Origin: Raja brachyura
Lineage: Eukaryota
Length of the DNA: 64,000 nucleotides
Assembly (NCBI GenBank): GCA_963514005.1
Contig: OY740801.1
Span: forward strand, 19,282,001 to 19,346,000
Direction: 5' to 3'
Part shown: piece after piece, positions 1 through 12,486 of the stretch
Layout of the letters: each line of letters begins with the position of its first letter
Numbering within the stretch: position 1 is the first letter of the stretch
Made by a program: the position numbers and the translations under genes
Notes under the pieces: model-generated
Database searches by the model: none
The model's input: only the letters and a program-made list of their open reading frames with translations
What the model was told of the DNA's origin: nothing

Positions 1-1748
1 TCACTGAGGCTGACGTCAAACAATTGGGAATGGTTAGATCTGGTGTTTTACAGTCAAAAACGCAGATTGAGAAATCCAGTCGACACTAATTCTAATGCAA
101 TTGGGAGCCGGGCTTTTCTGGTCAAATCACGTCATTCTAGAACGTTGACCAGATACTTGTGGACCTTTGAGCCCACAATGAGCATTTCAGCATCATTCTC
201 CACCCAGAGCTTCGGACTGCAGGTAAACTTGCCGTGGAATAGGCCAAAGCTGGTCACCCCCAGGATAAGCAGGTCTTGCCAGTGTAATTCTCAGCTGCAA
301 CCTCTGACAAATGCATCTCTTTACTTTTTGTTCTGCCTTTCTTCCTCTGCCAATGCACCCTATCCCCTCCAGGAAGTGATTGCAGGACAAATCATTGTGA
401 TAATGGGTGGAACAATCTTGGCGAGAGTTCGGATGCAAGAAGCAGAGGTTTGATCGGTTGCAGAGGTTATAATGTGGGAGAATCCAATGATGACAACATT
501 GCTGTAGCAATAAATGAGTTAACAGAGACACAATTGAATGATTGGGCAAGAGGTGAGGCACGACAATGTTGGGTGATTAGAAGTCGGTGGTCTTGTTGAT
601 GTCGAGACCGCCTGTGTGGAACAGACTCTGTGGTATGTGCTTGAGTACAGCAATCTGCTGGTTATGTGGAGGTCCAGGTAGCATGGATAGATCAAATAGA
701 TTTTGCTGCTTCATAATGCTTGTACTTAATCCCCAGATCAACCTCACATTTCTCCTCAATAACTTGCAACACTGCGGAAAACCCGTGCACTTATTCTTTA
801 CTGCTTCCATAGATCTCCCAATGTTTCTGCCACTTCTAAAGGATATGTTGCCTGATTGGCAATCCATCTCTAATTCTAATCTCTCAGGAGGAAGGTTGCG
901 TGGTTGCTATGTGGAGCAGGATCAGAAGCATTTCCTTTGTGAATACATGCATTATGCTTTTACACTTAGCAACCAATGGAATGCCTTTGCCTTTCTCCTT
1001 TTCAATATTTTATTCATTATGCTGCTGCGAGCTCACAAGCAATCTTCATCATCCTTGAATCCTCACCATTTTGAAATCAAGACCAGCTATATATTATCAC
1101 CTTTCTTTAGCTTGGCCTTTCAACTTTTTGCCCCCATGAGGCTTCCTTTCCCCTAAAAGCTTTAAAATACCAACCTCTGGATTCACTCTATTTTGTCCCC
1201 CTTCTGCATTTCATGCTTGCTGCTGCTCTAGAGTGTAATATTTCCCCTTGGGTTTCTGAAGTAAGATGGCCGCCAGCTACAACCTGAAAGTAATGTCGGT
1301 ATTGGCAAAAGCTGCTAAGAGTATATCACTTAAATACAAATGCTTTTCCTTTCTGGCCAGCGACCAGTTGCCACTTAGGAGGGCACTATAGCCACTGGGC
1401 TTTGGTCTCCAGCTTACGGTTCCGTGCTGCTTCCCACCAATTGCTGGAACGCACAGCAAAACTATAAATATCAACATTTGATCATTTCCTTTCATAAAAG
1501 CAGGCTTTCACTGCAAAATAATCAATACCGAAGTTCACTGTGGGTTAATGGCTGCACTGCACTGCTGTGTTAAAGGAGGTAAATATCAATAACCTACACA
1601 ACCAGTGATTTCAGCAACCCAGAGATGTTAAGATAGCAGAATGTAGTGACAGAGCCATTGATGCCTCAGTGTGAAATATCCTCAAGGCTGATGCCAAAAG
1701 CTTTGCTTTCCCTGTGGTCTCCCTCTCCACTTTGCCATTGCTCAGCTA

Positions 1749-3205
1749 TAGTGCCCTCCATAATGTTTGGGACAAAGACCCATCATTTATTTATTTACCT
1801 CTACTCTGCAATTTATGATTTGTAATAGAAAAAAATCACATGTGGTTAAAGTGCACATTGTCAGATTTTAATTACAGGTGTGTTTATACATAGTCCCCCC
1901 ATTTCAGGGCACCATAATGTTTGGGACACATGGCTTCACGGGTGTTTGCAATAGCTCAGGTGTGTTTAGTTGCCACCTTAATGCAGGTATAAGAGAGCTC
2001 TCAGCATCTATTCTTTCCTCCAGTCTTTCCATCACCTTTGGAAACTTTTATTGCTGTTTATCAACATGAGGACCAAAGTTGTCCCAATGAAAGTCAAAGA
2101 AGCCATTATCAGACTGAGAAACAAGAATAAAACTGTTAGAGACATCAGCCAAACCTTTGGCTTACCAAAATCAACGGGTTGGAACATCATTAAAAAGAAA
2201 GAGAGCACTGGTGAGCTTACTAATCTCAAATGATCAAGGAAGACCTCCACAGCTAATGACAGAAGAATTCTCTCTATAATAACGAAAAATCCCCAAATAC
2301 CTGCCCGACAGATCAGAAACACTCTTCAGGAGTCGGGTGTGGATTTGTCAATGGCCACTGTCCGCAGAAGACTTCATGAACAGAAATACAGAGGCTACAC
2401 TGCAAGATGCAAACCACTGGTTTGCCAAGAAGTACTTAAAAGAGCAACCACAGTTGTAGAAAAGTGGCTTGTGGACAGATGAGACGAAGATTAACATGCC
2501 AGAGTGACGGTAAGAGCAAAGTATGGAAGCAAGGTCCAAAGCAATCCACCTCATCTATGAAACACAGTGGTGGAAATGTTATGGTGTGGACATATGTGGC
2601 TGCTGAAGGTACTGGCTCACTTATCTTCATTGATGATACAACTGCTGATGGTTGTAGCATAATGAATTCCGAAGTGTATAGACACATCATTTCTGCTCAA
2701 GTTAAAACAAATGCATCAAAACTCATTGGCTGGCAGTTCATTCTACAGCAAGACAATGATCCCAAACATACTGCTAAAGCAACAAAGGAGTTTTTCAAAG
2801 CTAAAAAATGGTTAATTCTTGAGTGGCCAAGTCAATCACCCGATTGAGCATGCCTTTTATTTGCTGGATAAACCCAGCAACTGGTGATGTCCATGAATCG
2901 CAGACTTCAAGCAGTCAGTGCATGCAAAGGATATGCAACAAAATACTAAACATGACTACTTTCATGTACATGACATTGCTGTGTCACAAACATTATGGTG
3001 CTCTAAAGTGGGAGGACTATGAATAAACACTGCTGTAATTTCTACATGGTGAAACCAAAATGTGTAAAAATGGCCTTTATTAACATCTGATAAAGTGTAG
3101 TTTAACCACATGTGATTTTTTTTCTATTACAAATCTCAAATTGTGGACTACAGAGGCAAATAAATAAATGATGGGTCTTTGTCCCAAACATTATGGAGGG
3201 CACTG
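1749..3205 (+). mobile_element. Tc1-family DNA transposon, inactivated (copy 1)
   Basis: Long TIRs: (T)AGTGCCCTCCATAATGTTTGGGACAAAGACCCATC at the left end and GATGGGTCTTTGTCCCAAACATTATGGAGGGCACTG at the right end, with TA on both sides (1747-1748, 3206-3207). Transposase fragments: HTH region MRTKVVPMKVKEAIIRLRNKNKTVRDISQTFGLPKSTGWNIIKK, then KHSGGNVMVW, QQDNDPKH and WPSQSPD, broken by stops and frameshifts. Confidence 0.96.
2066..2870 (+). pseudogene. Tc1 transposase pseudogene (DDE family)
   Basis: ORF pieces 2051-2233 and 2464-2847 carry Tc1 HTH and catalytic motifs; premature stops; the SPDLNPIE motif is truncated. Confidence 0.92.
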
Positions 3206-3724
3206 TATGTTCACAGCTGAGGGGCAGGTACAAAATGCAGCTTTTTGAATGCAATGCAGTTGGATTGAGTGAACATCTGTTGAATCATACCTTGGCACAA
3301 ATCAGCAACTTCGGGAGAGGAGAAAATAACTGCTTTTGAGGCTGTGGGTGGAGTAGTCTGACATGAATATGATGAATCCACTGAAGATACATTTCATGGA
3401 AGAAGTTTAAAAAAAAAAGGCCTCCTGACAACCTATATTTATTACAAAAAAATAATCTTATTTTGTATGTTATGTTTGTGGTGTGCCAAATTTTGACATG
3501 TTCTGCATGCTCCACAAGCTGGTGGTTGTAGGGAATGGGGGAGGGGTGTGAATACGCAGCACAATAAAATGGAAAGATTTAGAATGCACCACACATTGGA
3601 AAATATTTTTGTGAAACTGAATTGTAAAAAGATTTATCTTATTTTGGAATTTTAATTTGTGCAGAGTGGCTGCAATCCTGGGAAAGAGTATAGGTATCTG
3701 TTTGTATGTCTTCGCACTGTTTTA

Positions 3725-4335
3725 TAGCCCTGTCCCACTTGGGTGACTTTTTGGGCGACTGCAGGAGAGTTTGCAGTCGCCGCATGTTCGCGGGTGGTTG
3801 CCGGGGAGTCGCCTTCATGGTCGTGAGGAAGTCCCACATTTTGGGAACTAGTCGCAGCCTCATTATGGTCGCGAAAATTCTCGAGCCGTAGGTGGGTCGC
3901 AAGGAGGTCCTATTAGGCTGCCAGGAGGTCGAAGGTTCTTGGAGGTTCTCATAGGTTGCAGCCGGTGCTGACCGGTGAATTTCATCGGTGGAAAAAAATG
4001 TAAGCATTAGTTTTCAGAACCAAGGAACCGAACGGTAATATTAAATGTCCGCCGAACTTCACAACCGTGTATCTCTGGCTTCTTAAAAGTTGTCTCTCCC
4101 CCCCTCTTTTAAACGACGTACCCTACACTATGCTTTAGCTGTCTTAATTGCATCGCCAACCTTCCTGTTCATCGCGGTGTGTGTCTGTATCACCTTGGTT
4201 TTGCTCCATGAGAATGTTTTAGACATTGTTACCCCGCTTGCCCTGGCCCCCGCCTTTGCGATGTGTTCCACTATGACAGTCGCCGTTCCAGTTCCCAGTA
4301 GTCCGCTGAAAAATCGCCTAAGTGGGACAGGCCCA
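3725..4335. mobile_element. Non-autonomous PIF/Harbinger-like MITE
   Basis: TIRs TAGCCCTGTCCCACTTGGGTGACTTTTT and AAAAATCGCCTAAGTGGGACAGGCCCA, flanked by TTA (3722-3724, 4336-4338); CpG-rich interior with no transposase. Confidence 0.85.
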
Positions 4336-5285
4336 TTATGCTGTGGTCTTGGTTGCCTTGTTCTCTTGGATATAATGGTGCTCTCCTAACCCTACTACAA
4401 TATCAATGGGTGATACATACTTTTGTATGTCAATGCCTGACAACATGACAATGCCTAAAGCAAGGTCATTGACCTGAAACGTTAATTCTATTTCTCTCTC
4501 CACACTTGGGTGGTGTGATGTCTGGTGCCAGGGTTAGAAAGGTTATAGAATATGTCACAGGCCATTTTAAAGGGGGAAACAAATAGAGGTCATTATCCAC
4601 ATGCTATCATTGACATAGATTTTTTTTTTTAAAGGGATGAGATCCATAAAGTAAATTTAGGGAGCTAGGTCATGGATTAAAAACAGAACTGCTAAAGTTG
4701 TAATCTTTGGACATGCTAATGAGTGTAGGAGTTAGAACATAAATCAGGTGAACGTGTAGGAGGAAGGGTTTTATATTTCTAGTTCACTGGCACCATCTCT
4801 GGGGGTGGTGGAACCTGTCCCAGTTGGACAGATGAGAGCTCACAAAAATGATCCAACATCCTTGCAGAGATGTTTGCTGAGCCTACTGGGGTAGGCTTGA
4901 ACTATTCTTTTGAGGGTCACTTAGAGCAGATGTACAAATAGGGGTGGGGAGGACATGTGTTGTAAAATACAGAAAATAATTAAGTCATCCAAGAGGCAAA
5001 ACGGACATGAGCATGATAAGGCATATCGCAATATTCTAGGTCAAAAGGCCAAGTACTACAAAAGATGGCATTGTAATATTGATTAAGGGATTCATTACAG
5101 CATGGATAATATCTTGGAAAGGTGTTATACTAAGTCAGTGGAGGAGAGCTTAGATCACTTTGCAGGGGTATACAATGAGTCTCCTAACAGTCAGCAGATG
5201 GTAGCAATGCAAGAGTAAAAAGGTTAGACCAGTGGGGATTCTCAACTTCCCCAATATAAACTGGAATAGATTTGGTATGAAAGTA

Positions 5286-5575
5286 TTTAGAGGTACAGCA
5301 TGGAAATCGGTTGTTCGGCCCAAGGAGTTAACACAGATCACTTGTTCACACTAGGTCTATGTTACCCCACTTTCTCATGCACTCTCGACACATTGGGGTC
5401 ATTTACAGAGGCTAATTAACCTATAAAGCTATACATTTTTGGAATGTGGAAGAAAACAGGAGCAACCAGAGGAAAGCCACGCGGTCACAAGGAGAACGTG
5501 CAAAATCCATATAGACAGCACCTGAGGCACTCTGACAATGTGAGGCAACATCTCTACCAGCTGCACCACTGTGCT
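5286..5575 (-). mobile_element. HE1-like tRNA-derived V-SINE, degraded
   Basis: Reverse complement of the SINE seen near-intact at 61651-61943; nested in the CR1. Confidence 0.8.
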
Positions 5576-6324
5576 GAGTGTAGAGCGGGTTGGAATTTTT
5601 GGACCGTAATGTATATAATCCTCCTAGAAGAGAGGCAATACTGGACTTAATCCTTGGGCAAATGGTTAAAGTATCAGCAGGAGAACAATTTGGAGATGGT
5701 GACCTTAACTCCAAGTTTCAAGGATGTTGTGGAGGAATAACAATCTGGAAATTTAAAATTCTTAATTGGGAAAAGGCCAATTTCAGCATCTTAAGGCAAG
5801 ACCTGGCAAGACTAGACTTACCTATAAGTGGCACGAGGAACTACTTGTAGATAGATAGATACAATGGGCAAGTGACAGTCAAAGTTATTTTTACCCCAAT
5901 GCACGTTTTCATAAGGGTGAAAGATGACAGTAAGTCCAAAGAACCATGAAGATCAAGGATATTGAGGGCTGGATGAAGGGAAAATGGCAAAATGCATGAC
6001 GGGTACAAAAAACTGAACATGGGGAAGGCCTTCAGCATGTAGAAAATATATAAAAATAGAAATTAGGAGGACGAAGAAAGCGCATGAATATCACTGCATC
6101 AAGATTCCCAAAGCAATTTATAAGTATATTAAGGGCAGGAGGGTAACTAGGGAAAGAATTGGATACATTAGAGACCAAAAGGGCACGGTGTCAAAGGATG
6201 TAGATGAGGTCTTGACCAATTTGATTGAACTTTTCAATATCAAAATTTATTGATGAGGGCAGTAGGGTTAATGAAGTCTCCGTGGACTGCAGCAGGCCTT
6301 TAGACAAGGTCCAACATGGTAAAA

Positions 6325-6635
6325 TCAATGCGCTGAGTTTATTGCCATATGCACGAGTATATTGTGGTGGAGTACAATGAAAATCTTGCTTGCAGCAGCA
6401 TCACAGGCACATAGACAACATACAAAACGTAAATTATACATTCATATCACAATTTCTACAATACAGTGAAAAAGGCTGTGCAAAAGAAAAACAAGACAAT
6501 AGTGCAAAATACAATTAGAAAAGAAGTCCAAGGTGATGCAAGTCGTGGTCCATGGCGTTCTGTTGCTGAAGTGGGATTAAGGTTCTGCAGGTGGTTTCAA
6601 TAACCTGGTGGTTGTAGGAAAGTAGTTGAACCTCA
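6325..6635 (-). mobile_element. 3' fragment of a Rex/Babar-type LINE nested in the CR1 RT region
   Basis: Tail GTACAATGAAAATCTTGCTTGCAGCAGCATCACAG is the reverse complement of the tail type at ~23670-23720 and ~26980-27040; it interrupts CR1 homology. Confidence 0.55.
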
Positions 6636-8403
6636 TCCGAGGATTTAGAACCAATGGGAAGTAAGGTAAGTTAGCAAATTGGATCCATTGGCTTGGTAAC
6701 GGGAGGCAGAGGGTGGCAGTGGAGAATTATTCTTGTGGTTGGTACCTGTAACCAGTGATGTACCATAAGGCTCAGTGGGATTTGTCATGTTTGTTATTTA
6801 CACTAATGACTTGGATATGAATATAGGAGATAGTAATTTGCAGATGACATGAAAATTGGTAGTACTCTTGATAAATGAGAAGGGTAGTCTTGGGTTGTAG
6901 GAAAATATTGATCGTTTGGTAACATTAGCAGAGCAAAGGCAGATGAAATGTAATCCTAACAAATGCAAAATGATGCACTTTAGGAAGATTAATAAGGGTA
7001 CGACATCTAACGTGCCAGGACCCTGGGGAACAGAGGGGCCTTGATATACAAGTCCACGAATCCCTGACAGTGATAGTGCACATAGATAAGGTGATGAAGA
7101 GGGCATATGGGATATTTCAGTTGGTTAGCTGGGGTATTGAACATAGAGCAGGGAGGGTATGGTACAATTTTATAAAATTAGTTAAAATATTTTTACATTT
7201 TTTATCCACAGCTGAAAAATTGTATATAGTTCTAGCTGACACGCTACGAAGGACGTGATTTCACGCAGGTAGGTGCAGGGGGGGGATTCACCAGGATATC
7301 ACCTGGGGTGGCGGATTTCAGTTGTGAAGAAAGTGTGGTTTATTTTCCTTAAAGTAGAGAAGGCTGAGGGGAGAACTGACTGAACTGTACAAAATTACAC
7401 AAACCATAAGGAAGATAGTAGGAAACTTTCCTCTATAGCAGGGATGAATTAAATGAGATGGCATAGGTTTAGAGTAAGGGGATAGAGCCTGAGAGGGGAC
7501 TGAGGAAGAATTGTTTCCCCAGAAGGGAATTAGAATTTGAACTTGCTGCCAGAGAAGGTGGAGAAAGACTCTTACAACATTTTGAAAGCATCTAAATGAG
7601 CACATGAACCATTAAAGCACCAAGGTGATGGACCAAGGGCTGATTAATGGGAATAGTCTAGATGGGCACTTACAGTTGGCATAAATACAGTGGTGCTGGA
7701 TGACTCTATGACTCTAAGACCTGTTGTGTATTTCCAACATTTCCTGTTTTCATTTTAAATAAAATAACTGTGGTTTGTGAATGTATATAAGGAGCTATGT
7801 TTCTCTATTTTAGTACAAGGAAGACTGAATAAATGTCAAACCAAATTGCGCTGAGATTGTTTTTAATTCTCTCATTGAATGTAAGTATTCCAGGAAAAGT
7901 TAGTTTACCTTCCATTTTTAATTGTATTGTAGGCAGTGCCCTCTCAAATGGCTGCTGTCCTACTGACATGGACATTTGCACATGAGTTCTGGAGTTCCTC
8001 ATTTTTGCAGAGGAGAGGAATGATGATCCTTGCCAGGGTTGTGTGGAACTGGATGGTGAACCTGTCGGTGTAATGTTCCAACACAACTTTTGCCATTGTC
8101 CATTTTGATAGAGCAGCTCATAGGTCTCAATGGAGTGGTCAAACATGATAAGTCGTCTTGCAAATGTGCCAACTTTTGTATTTACTCCTGATTTGCTATA
8201 ACCATAAGCAGACCATTACCTTGTCAAGGCAAATCTAGATGCAGTCCGCATTCAATTCACATATTACTGTATGAAATATGGAGGCCTTAGGGCCCTTTGA
8301 TTCCAGGCCAGCTCACAGAGCAATCCCATCCCCAATAATGTACTTCCTTTAACTATTACTCCCAGATATTCATCAATTCCCCTCAGATTCTAACGCTGTT
8401 GGT

Positions 8404-9250
8404 TGTTGACCTAGAAAATGAGAGGGGGTGGGGGGCTTCATCAAAGGACCTGCTGTTGAGATGATCAACAGCTTCAGGGTTCTCAGTATCCATATCACTA
8501 GCAACCTAACCTGGACTCAAGAAATCCCAATGCCTCGGTGTATTTACTTTCTTAGATATCTAAGAAGATTCAGCATATCCACAAGGATTCTCTCCAACCT
8601 CTACAGTGAAGTATTCTATTGAGATGTATTTCAGCTTGGCATGGCAATCTCACTGCTCTGAACCTGCAGAGAGTGGTGAACACAGCCCAGTCCATCACAG
8701 GCTCATCACTTCCTTCCATCCAGTCCATCTTCATGGTGTGTAGAATCTGGAAGGATGAAAATATTGTCAAGGATGCCGCCACTTTTCCCTTTTTCTCTTT
8801 TCTACCTGAGAGAAGATATTGCAATTTGAAAGCTTGGACATCCAGACTTAAGAACGACTTCTTCCCTACTGCTATCATATCCTGATCTAATCACTGCTTT
8901 CACACTTCCTTCCTGGAAGCGCTCCCACGTACTCCTACCCTTAACGCTACCTGAATTGTTATTTCACGTCACCCATTCCTTCTCTCCAGAGATACTACCT
9001 GTCCCACTGAGTTACTCCAGCTTTTTGTGTTTATCTTCAGTTTAAACCCGAATCTGCAATTTCTTCCTACTCAATTGCTCTTGGTTGTACTTTAATATTT
9101 TTTGCACAACCTCAGCTGAACTCCAATCTTGCACCATCGTGCTGGTTTGTACTTGGTGTTATAGTTATTATTATATTTATTGTTACTGTATGTGTACTAT
9201 TTCAGGTGAGTAAGGAATTTCATTGCATTCTGGTGGATTTGACCATAAAT
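8404..9250 (+). mobile_element. Rex1/Babar-type LINE 3' fragment with an inserted Penelope-type remnant (8967-9070)
   Basis: Peptides VEMINSFRVLSIHITSNLTW, YFLRYLRRF, CISAWHGN, LQRVVNTAQSITG and TSRLKNDFFPTAI are typical of the RT C-terminus of this clade. Confidence 0.8.
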
Positions 9251-9354
9251 GTGTATAATCAGATCGATTCTGATATGGCTAAGAAATAATGTTTAAAAAA
9301 GTTGCAATATAACACGTCTGATTTGAGCATAACATATATGTGGAAGAAGATTAT

Positions 9355-9885
9355 ATAAGACCTTGGTTAGACTGCAGTTGGAGTACTGGGTTCAGTTTGG
9401 TCACCCCTTTGTAGAAAATATGACATTAAGTGAAGGTTTACAAGAACTTTGCGAAGATTTTAGTGCCTGAGTTATAGGGAAAGATTGGGCAGGCTAGGTC
9501 TTCTGGTGGTGATCTTCTTGTGATCTTGTTGGGCTGTATTTCAAAATAAAGGGGACTGCTTAAGGGGAATGCACAGGGTCTTTTTCCAATGTAGGTGAAT
9601 CAAGAGGCCATAGATTTAAAGTGAAAGGGGAAATATTTAATAAGTAAGTGAGGAGCAACTTTTTCTCCGATAGGATGGTGGGTATATGGAATGAGCAGCC
9701 AGAGGAAGTAGTTGAGGCACATACAATACCACGATTTAAAAGAGATGTGGTTTGGTACATGGCTAGGAAAGATTTAGAGGGATACAAGCCAAATACAGAC
9801 AAATGGGACTAGGTATAACGAGGCATCTGGGTTGGCACGGATAAGTCGGGCCGAAGGGCCTATTTCCATGTTGTATGACTATGAC
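9355..9885 (+). mobile_element. CR1-clade LINE 3' fragment
   Basis: Typical 3' end ...GGGCCGAAGGGCCTATTTCCATGTTGTATGACT, shared with the HE1 SINE tails in this window. Confidence 0.85.
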
Positions 9886-10875
9886 ATTCTGATGCTTAAA
9901 ATATTGAACATAGGAGGCAGAAAGAAGGAAGGTAAACTATGAAAGGCTGAAAACAGAGGGGCAGAATATAGGTTAGAAGAGAGAGAAAGGACAAATGACA
10001 ACCTTGTTCTTATTCTGTCAACATTGAGTATGTGTCAGATTTGTGGGGAGGATACACTAATAGTCAATGTGTTAATAACTGTTTTGATGCAAGTCAATTA
10101 AATTTCAAAATTGTGTGATATGAGTGCATGTTGAACAGATGTGTGATACACACATGATGCATCCAGGCAGTATGGAGCCTTGAACATCTTGTTAACAATA
10201 CTGCTATGTGGAATTTGTTTCAATAGGTTAGCTTCTTGTTTCTATTTATACTTCAGAAAAATATGTGGTGACAATTTCAGGCTCTACACCTTCAACTAAC
10301 ACCAAACCGTCAGTCATTTCTTACGTAACTAAAAAGTACTGGCCTTAAATGTTAAAAAGGATTTAAAGCTATCAGTGGCTATGCTATACGTACATTCAAA
10401 AGACAATTTCCTTTTCGACAACTCGTACACCAATGAGGTGGGTAGAAAAGGTAGGCAGGAGGGTATTTGCAACTGTGATCATGTGACACCATTGTAACAA
10501 ATTAAAGAGTGAAACTGTTTGATGTTATTTCACAGATTCAGAAGGGAAAATAGAATTTTATTTAAAAAACCCTGAGTATAAAATGTATTTTCTCCCAAAT
10601 AATTCTAATTTACACTTTATTTTCAGAACCCTTTGCTAATTCAACTCAACATTAGTTTATTTTTTGCTGTGATTTTCAATTTTTCTATCGTGAAGACTTG
10701 AATTAAAATGAGGCAGCAGGAAATCTAGTACAGAAGACTTTGATCAATTGATCATTATATTTTTAGAATGACAATCACTGTTATTGTGATGAAATCTTTA
10801 GGTATCAAAGGTTTCAAGTTAGAAAAAATTAGGAATGAATTCAAGTTATCTTCATCAGAAATGATTAAGGAACCC

Positions 10876-11121
10876 CTCTCTCTGGAACTCTGGAACTAAC
10901 GTCTCTGGAACTCTCTGCCACAGAGGGTAGTTGAGGCCAGTTCATTGGCTATATTTAAGAGGGAGTTAGATGTGGCCCTTGTGGCTAAGGGGATCAGAGG
11001 GTATGGAGAGAAGGCAGGTACGGGATACTGAGTTGGATGATCAGCCATGATCATATTGAATGGCGGTGCAGGCTCGAAGGGCCGAATGGCCTACTCATGC
11101 ACCTAATTTCTATGTTTCTAT
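10876..11121 (+). mobile_element. Young 5'-truncated CR1 insertion with 6-bp TSD
   Basis: GAACCC at 10870-10875 and 11122-11127; (TTTCTATG)n tail; absent from the duplicated copy at ~11905-11915; stuttered TCTCTGGAACT at the 5' junction. Confidence 0.9.
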
Positions 11122-11363
11122 GAACCCATGTTTTTTGTTCATAAATAAGATGTTATATACAAGCTTTGTATGATGTGAAGTGCAATATCATTTATGAAGC
11201 TCTCTTTTCTACATCCTGTAAACTGAGGCAAGATCAGCATCTCATCCCACGATGGACACAAAATGCTGGAGTAATTTAGCAGGATAAGCAGCATCTCTGG
11301 AAAGAAGGAATGGGTGATGTTTCTGGTCGTTAACCCTTCTTCAGACGTCAGGGGAAAGGGATT

Positions 11364-12152
11364 TGTTGACCTAAAAAATGAGGGAGGGGAACACAACCCT
11401 GGCCTCATCAATGGACCTGCTGTTGAGATGATCAACAGCTTCAGGGTTCTATTAAGATGTATTTCAGCTTGGTATGACAATCTCGCTGCTCTGAACCTGC
11501 AGAGAGTGGTGAACACAGCCCAGTCCATCACGGGCTCATCACTTCCTTCCATCCAGTCCATCTTCATGGTGCGTAGAATCTGGAAGGATGAAAATATTGT
11601 CTAGGATGCTTGTCACCCTGGCCATTCCATCTGCTCTTTTCTACCTTCTGAGAGAAGATATTTCAATTTGAAAGCTTGGACATCCAGACTTAAGAACGAC
11701 TTGTTTCCTACTGCTATCACATCCTGACCCAATCACTGCTTCAGCACCTCCTTCCTTGAAGCACTCTGATGTACTCTTATCCTTAATGCTACCTCAATTG
11801 TTATTTCAATGAAAATCACTGTTGTTGTGATGAAATCTTTAGGTTTCAAAGGACACGTTAGAAAAAATTAGGAATGAATTTAAGTTATTTTCAACAGAAA
11901 TAATTACAGATCCTGGGGTTTTCATTCATAAATAAGATGTTATATACAAGCTTTGTATGATGTGAAGTGGAATATCGTTTATGAAGCTCTCTTTCCTACA
12001 TCCTGCAAACTGAGGCAAGACCAGCATCTCATCCCATGATAGACACAAAATGCTGGAGCAATTCCGAGGGACAGGCAGCATCTCTGGAAAGAAGGAATGG
12101 GTGATGTTTCTGGTCGAGACCCATCTTCAGACTAGTTAGGGGATAGGGATTT
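11364..12152 (+). repeat. Local duplication: 11364-11807 copies 8404-8966, and 11808-12152 copies 10767-11363 without the CR1 insert
   Basis: Direct read-through alignment, e.g. CATAAATAAGATGTTATATACAAGCTTTGTATGATGTGAAGTG at ~11140 and ~11927. Confidence 0.92.
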
Positions 12153-12486
12153 ATCTAACTTCAAGTAACCCCTGCACTCCCTCTCTCTCCATCCCTCCCC
12201 CACCCAAGTCATACCAGGTTCCTGTATTCACCAAGCAAACACCTAACAATGGCCTGCTTCCTTTATCATCATTACCTTTTTGTATATTTTTCATTCATTT
12301 GTTCTATATCTCTCTCCACATCACTGTCTATATCTCTCATTTCCCTTTCCCCCGGCTAGTCGACCTGAAACATCACCCATTCCTTCCCCCCCCCCCCCCC
12401 CCATAGATGCTGCCTGTTCCCCTGAGTTACTCCAATATTTTATGTCTATCTTTGTTTTAAACCAGCATCTGCAGTTCCTTCCTAGA
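12039..12486. mobile_element. Penelope-type non-autonomous element with inverted terminal-repeat pair and 14-bp TSD
   Basis: CATCTCATCCCATG at 12025-12038 and 12487-12500; the left arm (GACACAAAATGCTGGAG...CTTCAGACT) is the reverse complement of the right arm (GAAACATCACCCATTCC...GAGTTACTCCA). Confidence 0.8.

Larger units (their letters stand above)
4510..7715 (+). mobile_element. Long degenerate CR1-clade LINE (endonuclease-RT-3' tail), interrupted by younger inserts
   Basis: Endonuclease-region peptide REAILDLILG...GDGDLNS...LNWEKANFS (5590-5850), RT FADD motif (TTTGCAGATGAC, ~6838) and CR1 3' tail ending ATGACTCTATGACTCT (~7715). Confidence 0.85.

Noticed and set aside
1-1160. Possible Gypsy gag relic on the minus strand (PPERLELE..., KWQKHWEIY, RDAFVRG) and the 189-aa ORF 587-1156
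   Set aside because: The similarity is fragmentary, spacing does not fit, and no LTR or PBS is visible; the plus-strand ORF has no recognisable domain. Needs a profile search.
1097-1283. Third minus-strand exon continuing the 3291 exon (acceptor ACTTTCAG)
   Set aside because: The frame closes after about 31 codons; no independent support.
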